This document shows positions 47,041-57,048 of a stretch of DNA of 64,000 nt, in pieces. The notes below the pieces were generated by a model. That model was not told the DNA's origin. It searched no databases and was given only the letters and a program-made list of their open reading frames with translations. The stretch's first letter is position 1. Every line of letters begins with the position of its first letter. Source of the stretch: an uncultured Gammaproteobacteria bacterium (lineage in GTDB: Bacteria; Patescibacteriota; Patescibacteriia; UBA9934; GWF2-40-263). Location: positions 4,349 to 68,348 of the forward strand of contig CAYOCD010000001.1 of NCBI GenBank assembly GCA_964402425.1. The letters run 5' to 3'. Both the position numbers and the translations under genes were made by a program.

Positions 47041-48849
47041 CTACCTCAACACCCCTCCCCACTCAATCACCGTAAATCCTTTTCTGACGATGGTTGGTGG
47101 TAATTTTGGTGGGTGTTGTACGATTGGTTTTTGCAACTCTGTGTAATCCATAAGAATACGCAAAATCGTGTCTGGGGTTTTTGAGACGGTCATTGGAGCA
47201 AGAAAATCCATGACGCGCGTTCCATGAAACCCAATCTTGTAATATGGAGCGGAACGCATCTTTGGTTCCCAAAACTCCATAAAATCTGCGATCTCTTTTG
47301 TATTGAGTCCAATGTCCACAAGCGTTTCTTTCAAGAACGAAGGAATATCTTGTTTGGCAACAACCCAATACTCCTCAGGTGAGCCATATTCATCTCCATG
47401 CCCTTCCCAGAACAGATACGGATATGTTTTTCCGTCATCACGATTTACAAGCGTTCCGTCAGGAGACGCTGTTACGCGCCATCCGTTCTTGTATACCGGT
47501 TCTGTGAACGTGAAACCCCCTTTTGGCGCGACCGTTACATCAAGGTCTGTTTTTTCTGTTGGGTAAAGATAGATAACCGGCTTTCCACACTCTGCAGCAG
47601 ACTGAACGTTCTCATGGGTAAAACGTAACCATCGACCAAGTGGATCTTTCCAAAAAAACACCGGATGCATTTTCACGAACCCTTCAAACGAAGCTGTTTC
47701 TGTTGTTTCTGGATTCCAAGAAAGACGTTGTTTATAATTCTGATAATACATGTTGGCAGCAGACTCTTGTCCCAGAACTTCCTGCTCTGTCCAAACGGGT
47801 TCAAAAAACTCATACGTTTTCTTATCGGAACCCGTTACGTGTCCCGCGCGTTTCAATGCAGGAATCTCTAAAACGAGATCTGGTGAAGAATGTCCACAAC
47901 CCGTTGAAATCTGACTTGCGTATAAATTTACCCCCATGATTATTCCATCATTCCAAGAAACTTCCGCTTTTTCATCTGTGTTCCATGGAATGACATAGTT
48001 GTATCGAACAATGCGCGTGTCGGGACGCGTAAATGCATAAGCGGAATCATCTGCAAACAAAGAATGCACGTTGCCTGTTTTTGAATCCGTCATGGATAAA
48101 ACGTTTGTTTTTATAGGCTCTGCGACTGCTTTGTCGTTGAGTCCCGAGACAGAAATGAACGTAAATTCATTTCCCTGTTCATCTTTCAAAACATCCGGGA
48201 TCTCAAACGCTTCAATCACAAGATCATCCTCTATTTTTTGTGTTTTTGCATACTCTGTAAACACATCTACTCCCAAAAATTCTTTGAGGGGTTTTTGTGT
48301 GCTTCCATGGAAAACGGAAGAGACGACGTATCTCCCGAGCAACGTCACGTTCTTTTCTGAATCCATCAAATAATAAACCTCATTATTAGTAGACCCAATT
48401 TCAAACAAACTGATCCAATGCGCTATGTTTAATGTATACCCATCATACGTTCCGCCCTCAACATTACCAATCTTGGCCGTATACGCTTCCATCGTCGTAA
48501 TTAATTCTTCGTTTGTATACGGTTTTCCTGTCTTATAATTCTCAAGTGGCACCCCTTGGTTTGCGGCCTTAAACAAAGGTACAAATACATCTGGAACGGA
48601 TTCTCTTTGATATCCATCCTCGGGCGTCAAAAAACGAACAAAGAGCACATTTTTGTTTTCCGATGGAACAACAACGGATTCTAATTCTTGTGGAACCGTT
48701 GTTTCAGGTGCGCGCATCAAAAGAAATGTTGCAAGGGCACCAACAAAAAACAAGACAATCCCCACAAGAACGGCAATAAGAACAATCTTTTTAGATGACG
48801 TTTTAACAACGGGTGGTTTTTCCGAAAGCGGAGGAAGGTGTATTTCCAT
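47041..48849 (-). CDS. Membrane-anchored exported protein with a C-terminal KPVIYLYP domain
   Basis: N-terminal TM; ECGKPVIYLYP, YPYLFWEG, DFMEFW and FTVIEWGG. Confidence 0.8.
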   Translation of the reverse strand: MEIHLPPLSEKPPVVKTSSKKIVLIAVLVGIVLFFVGALATFLLMRAPETTVPQELESVVVPSENKNVLFVRFLTPEDGYQRESVPDVFVPLFKAANQGVPLENYKTGKPYTNEELITTMEAYTAKIGNVEGGTYDGYTLNIAHWISLFEIGSTNNEVYYLMDSEKNVTLLGRYVVSSVFHGSTQKPLKEFLGVDVFTEYAKTQKIEDDLVIEAFEIPDVLKDEQGNEFTFISVSGLNDKAVAEPIKTNVLSMTDSKTGNVHSLFADDSAYAFTRPDTRIVRYNYVIPWNTDEKAEVSWNDGIIMGVNLYASQISTGCGHSSPDLVLEIPALKRAGHVTGSDKKTYEFFEPVWTEQEVLGQESAANMYYQNYKQRLSWNPETTETASFEGFVKMHPVFFWKDPLGRWLRFTHENVQSAAECGKPVIYLYPTEKTDLDVTVAPKGGFTFTEPVYKNGWRVTASPDGTLVNRDDGKTYPYLFWEGHGDEYGSPEEYWVVAKQDIPSFLKETLVDIGLNTKEIADFMEFWEPKMRSAPYYKIGFHGTRVMDFLAPMTVSKTPDTILRILMDYTELQKPIVQHPPKLPPTIVRKGFTVIEWGGVLR

Positions 48850-48854
48850 AAAAT

Positions 48855-50609
48855 CTAACGTGAAAAAATAAGATGTCCATTTTTTATTTGATCTTGAAGA
48901 CCCGAATCAGAACGTGAGGCAATCGATTGAAACACCTGTTTTGCTTGCGCATCCGTCAAAGCTGCTGGTTCACCATCCTTTGTGGAAACAGGTAACAAAA
49001 ACAATTCAATCGCTTGTGGCTTCACTATAACACCGATCGTCAGTGCAAGAAATGTTTCTGGCATCGGTTGATCAAAGATGAAATTTCCAAGCGACCACGC
49101 AACCGGCGTTTTTTCAACAAGATCAATCCCTTGTGCAACGTGCGGATGACCGCCGATCACAAGATCTGCGCCCGCCTGCGCCATTTCTGTTGCAAGACGT
49201 TTTTGTTGCGAGTCCGGAAGGGGTGCATATTCTGTTCCCCAATGTGGGTACACAATCACGAAACGTCCGTCTGATTTTGCCGCTCGAATCTCCTGTGCGA
49301 GTACTTGTTCGTTTGGAACAAATGCATGATATCCAATAAAGGTAATTTGCGTATCGCCGATTGTTTGATCCATACGCAAGAGCCCGTTTTGATACGATCC
49401 GAACCAAGGGATCCCTAATCGAGCAAGTTCTGTGAGTGTTTGTATTTCACCTTCCATCAATCGATCGCCCGCATGATTATTTGCAAGGCTCACAAAATCC
49501 ACATACGGTTTCATTGCCTCCACAGATTTTGGATCAAAAATAAATCGATATGGCGCTTCATACGCATGATCACTCAAAGCATCACTCACCGTTCCCTCAA
49601 GATTTCCAACAACCGCATGGGATCCAGATAAGAATCGATGCATGTTTTTCCACGGAGCATCACTCCCCTCTTTTTCGATTTTTTTACGCACATCTCGGTC
49701 CAACATGATATCGCCCACCACGTGAATCGCGGCGAATGGTTCGCTCGAAGGCTTCCCTTTTGTGAAATATCCAAGAATGTGGGATGTATTTTGTTCTGGC
49801 ACGGATGCTGCTCCAAGACCAATCGAAGAATTATGATGTGTGAGATTCCATGTTTCATTTTTTCGTTCCCTATTTACAACAAAGAGCGTTCGTAAAACAC
49901 TGTTTGCATCCACCTCGAGCTCACACCTATCACACCCACCGGATGCAAGCGCATTCAGTGTCACTTCGTCATGATACATGGCCGTATAATTCGGAAGATA
50001 ATGTGACATGTCTGCAGACGCAATCACAACGGCACGCGGAAAATTCTTTGCAATTGTGCGCCCGAGCACTTCAACATTTTCTTCTGAGACAGCATCATGC
50101 AAAATAATCGGAATAATTTTTGCGTGTTTAAACGAACGTTTGATAAACGGTGTCAGCGCAGAAATTCCATGTTCCCCGACAAATGTTTCTGGTTCAATCG
50201 ATGCCCCAACGGCACGCGCAATCGATCGGACAGCGTCATCATCCGTTTTCAGAATCCCATACGGAGTCTGCCAATTTCCATAAGTTGTTTGCATGGATGT
50301 TTTTCCGCGATCAAAATGATTTGGACTGAGCAAGATGACTGTTCGCACAGAATCAGACCCAATACGATCAAACAATTCAGCAATTTTATTTCCAATCAAA
50401 AGATGATGTGCGCTCATCGCAGATAAAGACGAAACGCGTGGTTGTTTTGGAACGGAATCATACGCATCATCAAAAAAGGCCTTTGTAAGTGTCCCCGACG
50501 AAAAGACCGCATCCGAAGTCCTGGACATAAAAAACGAAACACCTAAAGAACCCGAAAAAAGCGTTATAAGCGCAAGAAAACCAAAAGAAACAAGAATACG
50601 TTTCACCAT
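48855..50609 (-). CDS. MEMO (AmmeMemoRadiSam protein B) - CapA metallophosphoesterase fusion
   Basis: SPNHF, EHG, SADMSHY; GDIMLDR, NLEG, LANNH, HWG.EY, GGHPHV and SLGNF. Confidence 0.9.
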   Translation of the reverse strand: MVKRILVSFGFLALITLFSGSLGVSFFMSRTSDAVFSSGTLTKAFFDDAYDSVPKQPRVSSLSAMSAHHLLIGNKIAELFDRIGSDSVRTVILLSPNHFDRGKTSMQTTYGNWQTPYGILKTDDDAVRSIARAVGASIEPETFVGEHGISALTPFIKRSFKHAKIIPIILHDAVSEENVEVLGRTIAKNFPRAVVIASADMSHYLPNYTAMYHDEVTLNALASGGCDRCELEVDANSVLRTLFVVNRERKNETWNLTHHNSSIGLGAASVPEQNTSHILGYFTKGKPSSEPFAAIHVVGDIMLDRDVRKKIEKEGSDAPWKNMHRFLSGSHAVVGNLEGTVSDALSDHAYEAPYRFIFDPKSVEAMKPYVDFVSLANNHAGDRLMEGEIQTLTELARLGIPWFGSYQNGLLRMDQTIGDTQITFIGYHAFVPNEQVLAQEIRAAKSDGRFVIVYPHWGTEYAPLPDSQQKRLATEMAQAGADLVIGGHPHVAQGIDLVEKTPVAWSLGNFIFDQPMPETFLALTIGVIVKPQAIELFLLPVSTKDGEPAALTDAQAKQVFQSIASRSDSGLQDQIKNGHLIFSR

Positions 50610-50669
50610 ACAGGCCCTTTATACCATAAAAACAAAAACCAGCTCATTTCTGAACTGGTTTTGCTCTTA

Positions 50670-50951
50670 CTAGAGAATAGAATCTTTACATTGCTTTGCA
50701 ACACGGAACTTTACCACTGTTTTTGCTGGAATCTTGATTTCAGCACCTGTGAGTGGGTTGCGTCCTGTGCGAGCTGCACGAGCTTTCTTTACGAGTTTTC
50801 CAAGTCCTGGAATATTGAATTCACCACTTGTCTTTACTTCCTTATAAGCCATCGCAACGAATGCATCCCACTTTTCAGACGCTTCTTTCTTTGAAACACC
50901 AAGCATTTCTGCCATCGATTGGATAAACTGGCTCTTTGTCATCTTTGCCAT
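50670..50951 (-). CDS. hup: DNA-binding protein HU
   Basis: GLGK...RAARTGRNPLTG..I.IPA...VKF. Confidence 0.95.
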   Translation of the reverse strand: MAKMTKSQFIQSMAEMLGVSKKEASEKWDAFVAMAYKEVKTSGEFNIPGLGKLVKKARAARTGRNPLTGAEIKIPAKTVVKFRVAKQCKDSIL

Positions 50952-51083
50952 ATGTAACGTTGTTTAAAGACCCTCATAATAAGAAAAGGTCTTTTTTGTT
51001 AATTACTGGGCAATTATAACACCCTTCTATAAATTTGTGAATAAATGCTGGATATTTTGAAGTTCGAGTTATCAACAGGGCTT

Positions 51084-51470
51084 TTACAACACAGTCATCG
51101 TATGACCTTTAAACCAATCACGACTTCTTTTCATATCGTCTTGAATCACTTTCGCCATCTCTTCTTCTCCTGGAAATGGTAAAATATCCCGTAATTTATC
51201 GAGTAAAACAACAGTCATACTCTTTCCTGCGAGCTCTTTTTCTTGATCAAGCAAGTGAACCTCCATTTTTAAATTAACCCCCGTTCTTCCATCACTCACA
51301 CAAATAAGTGATGGATATCGTTCATGGTCCACTTCTGCTTCTCCTACATAAATTCCAAGAGCAGGAATAATAATTCCCTGTTCAATGGCGATATTTGCGG
51401 TTGGACAACCGAGACGGCGAGCCATTCCCTCCCCGCGCTCGACACGCCCTCGAAATGTAAGTGGTTGCAT
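51084..51470 (-). CDS. Stand-alone riboflavin kinase
   Basis: G.V..G....RRLGCPTANI, EVHLLD and LRD...F. Confidence 0.85.
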   Translation of the reverse strand: MQPLTFRGRVERGEGMARRLGCPTANIAIEQGIIIPALGIYVGEAEVDHERYPSLICVSDGRTGVNLKMEVHLLDQEKELAGKSMTVVLLDKLRDILPFPGEEEMAKVIQDDMKRSRDWFKGHTMTVL

Positions 51471-51501
51471 AAAACATCTATGGTCCGTATCCAAACAATA
51501 T

Positions 51502-52047
51502 TTATCTTATAGATAAATATCCTAACGCCTTTTTGATGATTGGCGCAAGATCTGAATAATTGGATGTCTGGAGAGCTTTTTTGATAGGAACCCATTTCGC
51601 ATCATATGTATGCTGCGAGGGATCAGACGACAAGACAGCGTCCGGAGCGGTTTCAAACAAAAAATAATAGATATCTTTATGAATCAATTTTCCTTTTTGT
51701 TCGTAACGATCACGGAACCAAATACTAATCTTACCCAACTCTTCCAAAAAACGAATTTCTTCAAGACCAATCTCTTCAAGCGTTTCACGTGCAGCCGCTT
51801 CTTCAAGAGCTTCTCCTTTTTCCACATGACCTTTTGGAAAGGTCCATTTATCATACGAATCTTTCATGAACGCAATCTCTATGCCATATTTGGATCTTCG
51901 GAATACAACACCACCCGCAGAAACTTCTCGTTCTGCGGGAATATTTTTTACCTGTCTACCAGCAGGTACATCTTTTGACGAAAGATTATTTTTTGTTCGC
52001 GGCGGGACTTGCGGCGTCGGAGGGCTTGTATGTGCCGAGAAGAACAT
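51502..52047 (-). CDS. NUDIX hydrolase (Ap4A-hydrolase-like); start uncertain
   Basis: SAGGVVFR and WTFPKGHVEKGE.LEEAAARETLEEIG; the nearest in-frame ATG overlaps the ctpA end. Confidence 0.85.
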   Translation of the reverse strand: MFFSAHTSPPTPQVPPRTKNNLSSKDVPAGRQVKNIPAEREVSAGGVVFRRSKYGIEIAFMKDSYDKWTFPKGHVEKGEALEEAAARETLEEIGLEEIRFLEELGKISIWFRDRYEQKGKLIHKDIYYFLFETAPDAVLSSDPSQHTYDAKWVPIKKALQTSNYSDLAPIIKKALGYLSIR

Positions 52048-53266
52048 CCCGTGCGGTTTGTTTTTGATTATCATGTTCATTTTTCTTAAAGGCTTCAACA
52101 TCGAATTCAACAAGAATATCTGGTTCAATGCCGGTCTTATTTATATTGCGCCCATTTGGTGTAAACCATTCCGCAGTTGTGATTTTAATAGCCGATCCGT
52201 CAGGAAGTTCTTGATAATCTTGAACAGAACCTTTTCCAAACGTTTTTGTTCCTATCAACGTTGCGTATTTGTAATCTTGTAATGCTCCAGCAACAATTTC
52301 TGAAGCAGAGGCACTTCCGCCATCAACAAGAACAACCGTTGGAATCCCATTTAACCGAGGTGCTGTAACCCCATTAAAGGAGTTCTTTGTTGTTTTTCCT
52401 GTTTCTGACACAATCAAATCATATCCAACCCATGCAGACGACACATTCACAGCCGCTGTTAAAAGACCGCCTGGGTTACTGCGCAAATCAACAATAATTC
52501 CTTTAACATTTTTTGAGAGAGCATCCTGAACGGCGCGATAAAAAAGGGGGGTTGTATCTCCGTTGAATGTGGAGATGGAAATCGTCATGATGTTTCCCTC
52601 TTCTATTTTTGTCTTTACAGAATCAACTGTAATTTTTTGTCGAATAATTTTTATTTCTTTTAACGCATCCAATCCTTTTCTACTAATCTGCAAAACAACT
52701 TGCGTTCCATCTTCTCCACGAATCTTTGAGACAGCTTCTTCTACAGACATTCCACTTGTTTCCACCTCATCAATTGTAACAATCCAATCTCCTGACTGTA
52801 CCCCCGCTTTTTCTGCAGGGGAATCCTCAAGAGGTGCGACAACCGTCAACTTATCTTCCTTAATCCCAATATGTGCACCGATTCCAACAAACGACGCGTT
52901 CAAATCTTCCATGAAGGCCTTTGCTTCTTTGGGATCAAAGTAGGCAGAATAAGGATCATCAAGTCCTGATACGAGTCCTTTCAAAGCCCCGTAATAAAGA
53001 TCTTTGTCTGATACGGGTTGCTTATAAAATTTTTCTTTGGTGAGATTCCAAATGTCCCAAAAATCATTAAAATCAATATCTTTTTCCAGCGCAGCAGAAA
53101 CAGACCCTTGTCCTGTAACACGAGCTTCTCCGGCCGGAACAATTGTGCGAGCCGCATGCGATTCTCCAATAAAATATCCCCCACTAAACGAAAGGATGAG
53201 GAACAAAAAACAAAAAAGCACAACAAGCGCTTTTGAAGGAGATTTTTTTGGAAAAGAAGATGACAT
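51986..53266 (-). CDS. ctpA: S41 carboxy-terminal processing protease
   Basis: PDZ (GIGA..SPAEKAG), DLRSNPGG, SASASEI and TFGKGSVQ. Confidence 0.95.
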   Translation of the reverse strand: MSSSFPKKSPSKALVVLFCFLFLILSFSGGYFIGESHAARTIVPAGEARVTGQGSVSAALEKDIDFNDFWDIWNLTKEKFYKQPVSDKDLYYGALKGLVSGLDDPYSAYFDPKEAKAFMEDLNASFVGIGAHIGIKEDKLTVVAPLEDSPAEKAGVQSGDWIVTIDEVETSGMSVEEAVSKIRGEDGTQVVLQISRKGLDALKEIKIIRQKITVDSVKTKIEEGNIMTISISTFNGDTTPLFYRAVQDALSKNVKGIIVDLRSNPGGLLTAAVNVSSAWVGYDLIVSETGKTTKNSFNGVTAPRLNGIPTVVLVDGGSASASEIVAGALQDYKYATLIGTKTFGKGSVQDYQELPDGSAIKITTAEWFTPNGRNINKTGIEPDILVEFDVEAFKKNEHDNQKQTARDVLLGTYKPSDAASPAANKK

Positions 53267-53510
53267 ACGTAATGACAAGAGTACCGTTTTTAAACAGACA
53301 CGTCAAAAATGATTTATGAAGCAGATTGTTCTTATTCAAACCCATCACAATGTGCAAGAAGTTCACAATAAGGCAATAAAATCCTTAAGGAATGAAAACA
53401 AGATCACAGGATACAGAAACGGAATTTTAGGATCTTTTGCGCGTTAAAAACAACGTAAAATAAAGCATTTCCTTGAAAATATCAATCATTTGGTTTATAC
53501 TAGACGCACT

Positions 53511-54842
53511 ATGTCACGATTCTGGAGAACTATTTTATTTACCGTTTTTGCGATCGGATTTTTAATTTCCGCCCCACTTGTCGTGTTGTACACAGCCGGA
53601 TACCGCTATCAGTTCGGATCCATGAGTGTCATAAAGGCCGGTATTCTTTCTGTTACAAGCATTCCAAAAGGAGCGACGGTTTCTTTGGACGGAATCGAAT
53701 CCGATAAAAAAACACCATCTGTCATTGATAATGTGTATCCAGGGAAAATAAAAGTCCGCGTTGAAAAGTCCGGATATTCTTCTTGGGAAAAAATACTTCC
53801 TGTAAAAAGCGGACAAAGCACATTTATTCCAAATGTGGTCTTGTTTCTTGAAGGATCCGCCGTTCCGTCCATCAATCAAACGGACGTTTTACATGTTGCA
53901 ACACAAAGCCCATCTCGATACGCCTATCTCGTTAACAATAAAGGCATCCTTGAGACGTGGATCAAAGATGAGACAGCTCCACAAAACCGTCCAATTCTTA
54001 CACAAACATTTCACCCGAAATCCATCTACACTCTATCTTGGTCGCATGATGGTAGCTACCTTTTGATCTCAGAGCATACAACAAAAAAAATACAAACCAT
54101 TATTCGTGCCCATGACGGCACAATCATCCCGTTCCCAACGACATCATCTGTTAATGCGTGGTGGAACGCAGATTCAGGACACACGCTCTTTTATCGGACC
54201 GGAACAGAAATACGAGCATTTGGCATTGACACAGATCTTTCTCTCCCAAAGAATCTCAACGCAAATGATGCAGAATTACATCAAGGAAAGTTCCTTGTTA
54301 TTCAATCAGAGGAACAGAGTGTTGTTTCTCACCTTGATGAAAACGGGATTGCAAATATCATCACCTATCTCCCACGCGGAACATACAAATTTGTATACGC
54401 CCCCTCCCCTTTAATTTTGTTACAAGACATCACCAAAAATCATTTGATCCTCATCGATCCGACCCAAAAAAATTCCATCCTTCTCAACGAAGAAGTTCGC
54501 CATTTCAAATGGTCTCCAAAAGAAGATCGTTTCGTCTTCTCAAACGGATTTGATATCAATGTTTTAACGATTTCGTCCGGCCTCACAGAAACCCTGACAC
54601 GCTTTAGTGAACCAGTCACAGAACTTGCCTGGTACCCGCTCGGGGACGAAGTCTTATACAGCAAAAATGGTGTCATCTATGCCCTTGAGTTAGATCGTCG
54701 CGATGTCCGCAATGAAATTGCCCTTGTACGCGATGCAACCGTCCAATCAATGTGGGTCAATAAGGATGGCTCGAGCCTGTATTTCTTTGGACAAATCGGA
54801 AATGATCCAGCAACCGTTTTTGAAAAAAAACTACAAAAGTAA
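53511..54842 (+). CDS. PEGA-domain membrane-anchored protein with beta-propeller-like C terminus
   Basis: TM-YTAGYR, S.PKGA.V.LDG, K.GY..WEK and WS.DG repeats; promoter TTGAAA-17-TATACT. Confidence 0.85.
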   Translation: MSRFWRTILFTVFAIGFLISAPLVVLYTAGYRYQFGSMSVIKAGILSVTSIPKGATVSLDGIESDKKTPSVIDNVYPGKIKVRVEKSGYSSWEKILPVKSGQSTFIPNVVLFLEGSAVPSINQTDVLHVATQSPSRYAYLVNNKGILETWIKDETAPQNRPILTQTFHPKSIYTLSWSHDGSYLLISEHTTKKIQTIIRAHDGTIIPFPTTSSVNAWWNADSGHTLFYRTGTEIRAFGIDTDLSLPKNLNANDAELHQGKFLVIQSEEQSVVSHLDENGIANIITYLPRGTYKFVYAPSPLILLQDITKNHLILIDPTQKNSILLNEEVRHFKWSPKEDRFVFSNGFDINVLTISSGLTETLTRFSEPVTELAWYPLGDEVLYSKNGVIYALELDRRDVRNEIALVRDATVQSMWVNKDGSSLYFFGQIGNDPATVFEKKLQK

Positions 54843-54881
54843 CCACAAAAAACACCTCGTTTTAACGAGGTGTTTTCATTT

Positions 54882-55964
54882 TTATAACTCCACAAAACTA
54901 TTGTCTCCAATCACTAATCGATGCCCTGTCTTTGGATGAGATCTGGCAACATCTACAAGCGTAGCATTTGTTCCAATCAAACTGTTTACAATACGACGTG
55001 TTGTATCAATCGTTGCTCCGTCAAAAATAATAGAATGTTCTACTTCTGTATCACAGATTTTCACGTTATTTCCAATGGCTGTGTATGGTCCAATATAAGA
55101 TGAAGTGATCTCACAATTCTCACCAATAACGACTGGTCCACGAATAAGTGTATCTTCGCTCACACGTGTTCCCTTTCCAATGGAAACTTGTCCTTGAATT
55201 TGTGTTTCTGGATGTACATCGCCATTCATCAAGAAATACTCACGAGGAAGATCGTCCATGATCAGCGCATTTCCTTCAATAAGGGCGTCTGGTGTTCCGG
55301 TATCTTTCCACCAACCCGTAATTTCTTCGTGTCCAGTTTTTCCGTTTGCAATATACCAAGAAATCACATCTGCAATTTCATATTCACCACGTGCAGACGG
55401 AGCCATTGTCTTGAAGACTTCAAAATACGTCTGATCGAAGAAATAAATTCCTGTCACTGCAAATGGTGAAGGTGGATCTTTTGGTTTCTCCACCATATGA
55501 GTCAATTTCCCCACTTCATCGAACACAGGAACTCCGAAACGATGTGGATCTTTCACTCTTGAGAGCGCAATCAAACAATCGAGTTCTTCGTTTTGAAATC
55601 GGTCAACCAAATGATTGATGCCGCCTAAAATAATGTTGTCGCCAAGAAAGAAGAGAAAACGTTCGCCGCGCAAATACTCTTCTGCATTTGCCACCGCGTG
55701 TGCAATCCCCTTTGCCCCGCCACGCTGTTCAAGATACTGAATGTTCGCCCCAAACTCAGCACCATCACCAAGCGCATCACGCATCATCTGAATCTCACCC
55801 GGATTCACGTTGACAATAATCTCTTTAATACCCGCATCCGTAATCTTTTTGATCACATACCACAACATAGGATGATTCGCGAGTGGAATCAAATGTTTGT
55901 TGCGTGTCCAGGTAATCGGACGAAGGCGGGTGGCGTGTCCGCCAGCGGCAATAAGAGCTTTCAT
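54882..55964 (-). CDS. rmlA: Glucose-1-phosphate thymidylyltransferase (long form)
   Basis: GG.ATRLRP.T...K.LIP, LGDN, EKP, SARGEYEI and WKDTG; C-terminal hexapeptide repeats. Confidence 0.92.
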   Translation of the reverse strand: MKALIAAGGHATRLRPITWTRNKHLIPLANHPMLWYVIKKITDAGIKEIIVNVNPGEIQMMRDALGDGAEFGANIQYLEQRGGAKGIAHAVANAEEYLRGERFLFFLGDNIILGGINHLVDRFQNEELDCLIALSRVKDPHRFGVPVFDEVGKLTHMVEKPKDPPSPFAVTGIYFFDQTYFEVFKTMAPSARGEYEIADVISWYIANGKTGHEEITGWWKDTGTPDALIEGNALIMDDLPREYFLMNGDVHPETQIQGQVSIGKGTRVSEDTLIRGPVVIGENCEITSSYIGPYTAIGNNVKICDTEVEHSIIFDGATIDTTRRIVNSLIGTNATLVDVARSHPKTGHRLVIGDNSFVEL

Positions 55965-56136
55965 ATAGCCGGACTTTAGCGTGTGAGAGACGATTCGTCA
56001 ACGGACAGACATGTCCTGAAATCCCATCCAAGCTTATCCTCGCAAGCTCAAAATCTATAAAAACCCTCCTGAATTACCTCGATTATGAGGCGACGGAACC
56101 TTATCCGCCAAATAAAAAAAGGCCACGTATGACCCT

Positions 56137-56982
56137 TTAGGCTGTATCTGGTGTAAGTTCAATAAGCATGATCGTGACATCATCACTCGGCTCTGTTGGG
56201 GTATACATCTGAACAAGATGAAGAAACTTATCAAGAGACACGCTTTTAAACTCGCATGCAGCGACAAACGCACATTCAACAATGTCCGCCCCGCCATCCG
56301 AACACAAAGCAAACAGGTGTCGTTTTGAGGAATCAAGAGAAAATGTTTTCACTTCAGGAACGCACGTCACCAAAGGTGACATTTCTGGGTCTCCGAAACT
56401 CCGCGTCACACAAAGCCCGCGGATATGAGTTCTGCCAAATTCATCCTTATACACACGAGCAAGACGATTTGGCGTTCCTCTTACCGGAAGAAAGAAAAAA
56501 GCAGAATCTTCCATCAGCGGATAGACACGGGGAGAGAGACGACGAAATTCTTCCGGATGGTCTGGATGATGATCTTCTGTCATCCGTTCAAACGCGCGCG
56601 CACCATCTGGAGTAAACTGATAGAATCGACAATCACCGAGAAATAAAACATTTAGTTCATTTTCTGTGATTTTGACTCGTGTTGCAACGGCCCCCGCTTT
56701 TGAACGCGCAAACAACTTTGACACGTTCCGATTAATTACTTCACAAGAATCCACCGCAGGAGCATCCGCCCGATCTCGTAGCTCGCAAGCTACATAGCGG
56801 GCAAGCGCGTACGTTTCTTTGTTCACCCCAGGATCACCGTGCCCATCTGCCACCACAGCCACAAAAGGCCGTGCATGAGAGGATGAATGAGCAATAACGT
56901 CTTCTGTCATTGTTCCATGAAGGTTTCGTCCGTGTTTCGGAGCAGCATGAACACGCATATGAATCTTCATTTCCAACTCCAT
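56137..56982 (-). CDS. PP2C/PPM-family Ser/Thr phosphatase
   Basis: EDV, VADGHG, LGDCR, TEDHHP, VTRSFGD, CSDG and DDVT. Confidence 0.88.
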   Translation of the reverse strand: MELEMKIHMRVHAAPKHGRNLHGTMTEDVIAHSSSHARPFVAVVADGHGDPGVNKETYALARYVACELRDRADAPAVDSCEVINRNVSKLFARSKAGAVATRVKITENELNVLFLGDCRFYQFTPDGARAFERMTEDHHPDHPEEFRRLSPRVYPLMEDSAFFFLPVRGTPNRLARVYKDEFGRTHIRGLCVTRSFGDPEMSPLVTCVPEVKTFSLDSSKRHLFALCSDGGADIVECAFVAACEFKSVSLDKFLHLVQMYTPTEPSDDVTIMLIELTPDTA

Positions 56983-57016
56983 AAAAAGAACAATCCAACC
57001 CAAGACTTAACATACA

Positions 57017-57046
57017 AAAAAGACCGGGTCAATGCCCGGTCTTTTC
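57017..57046 (-). terminator. Terminator after the rmlB / epimerase-reductase genes
   Basis: AAAAGACCGGG-TCAATG-CCCGGTCTTTT. Confidence 0.75.
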
Positions 57047-57048
57047 TT

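Noticed and set aside
51035-51077. oriC suggested by DnaA-like boxes upstream of hup
   Set aside because: Only two one-mismatch boxes, no dnaA/dnaN, and no switch in gene-strand bias.
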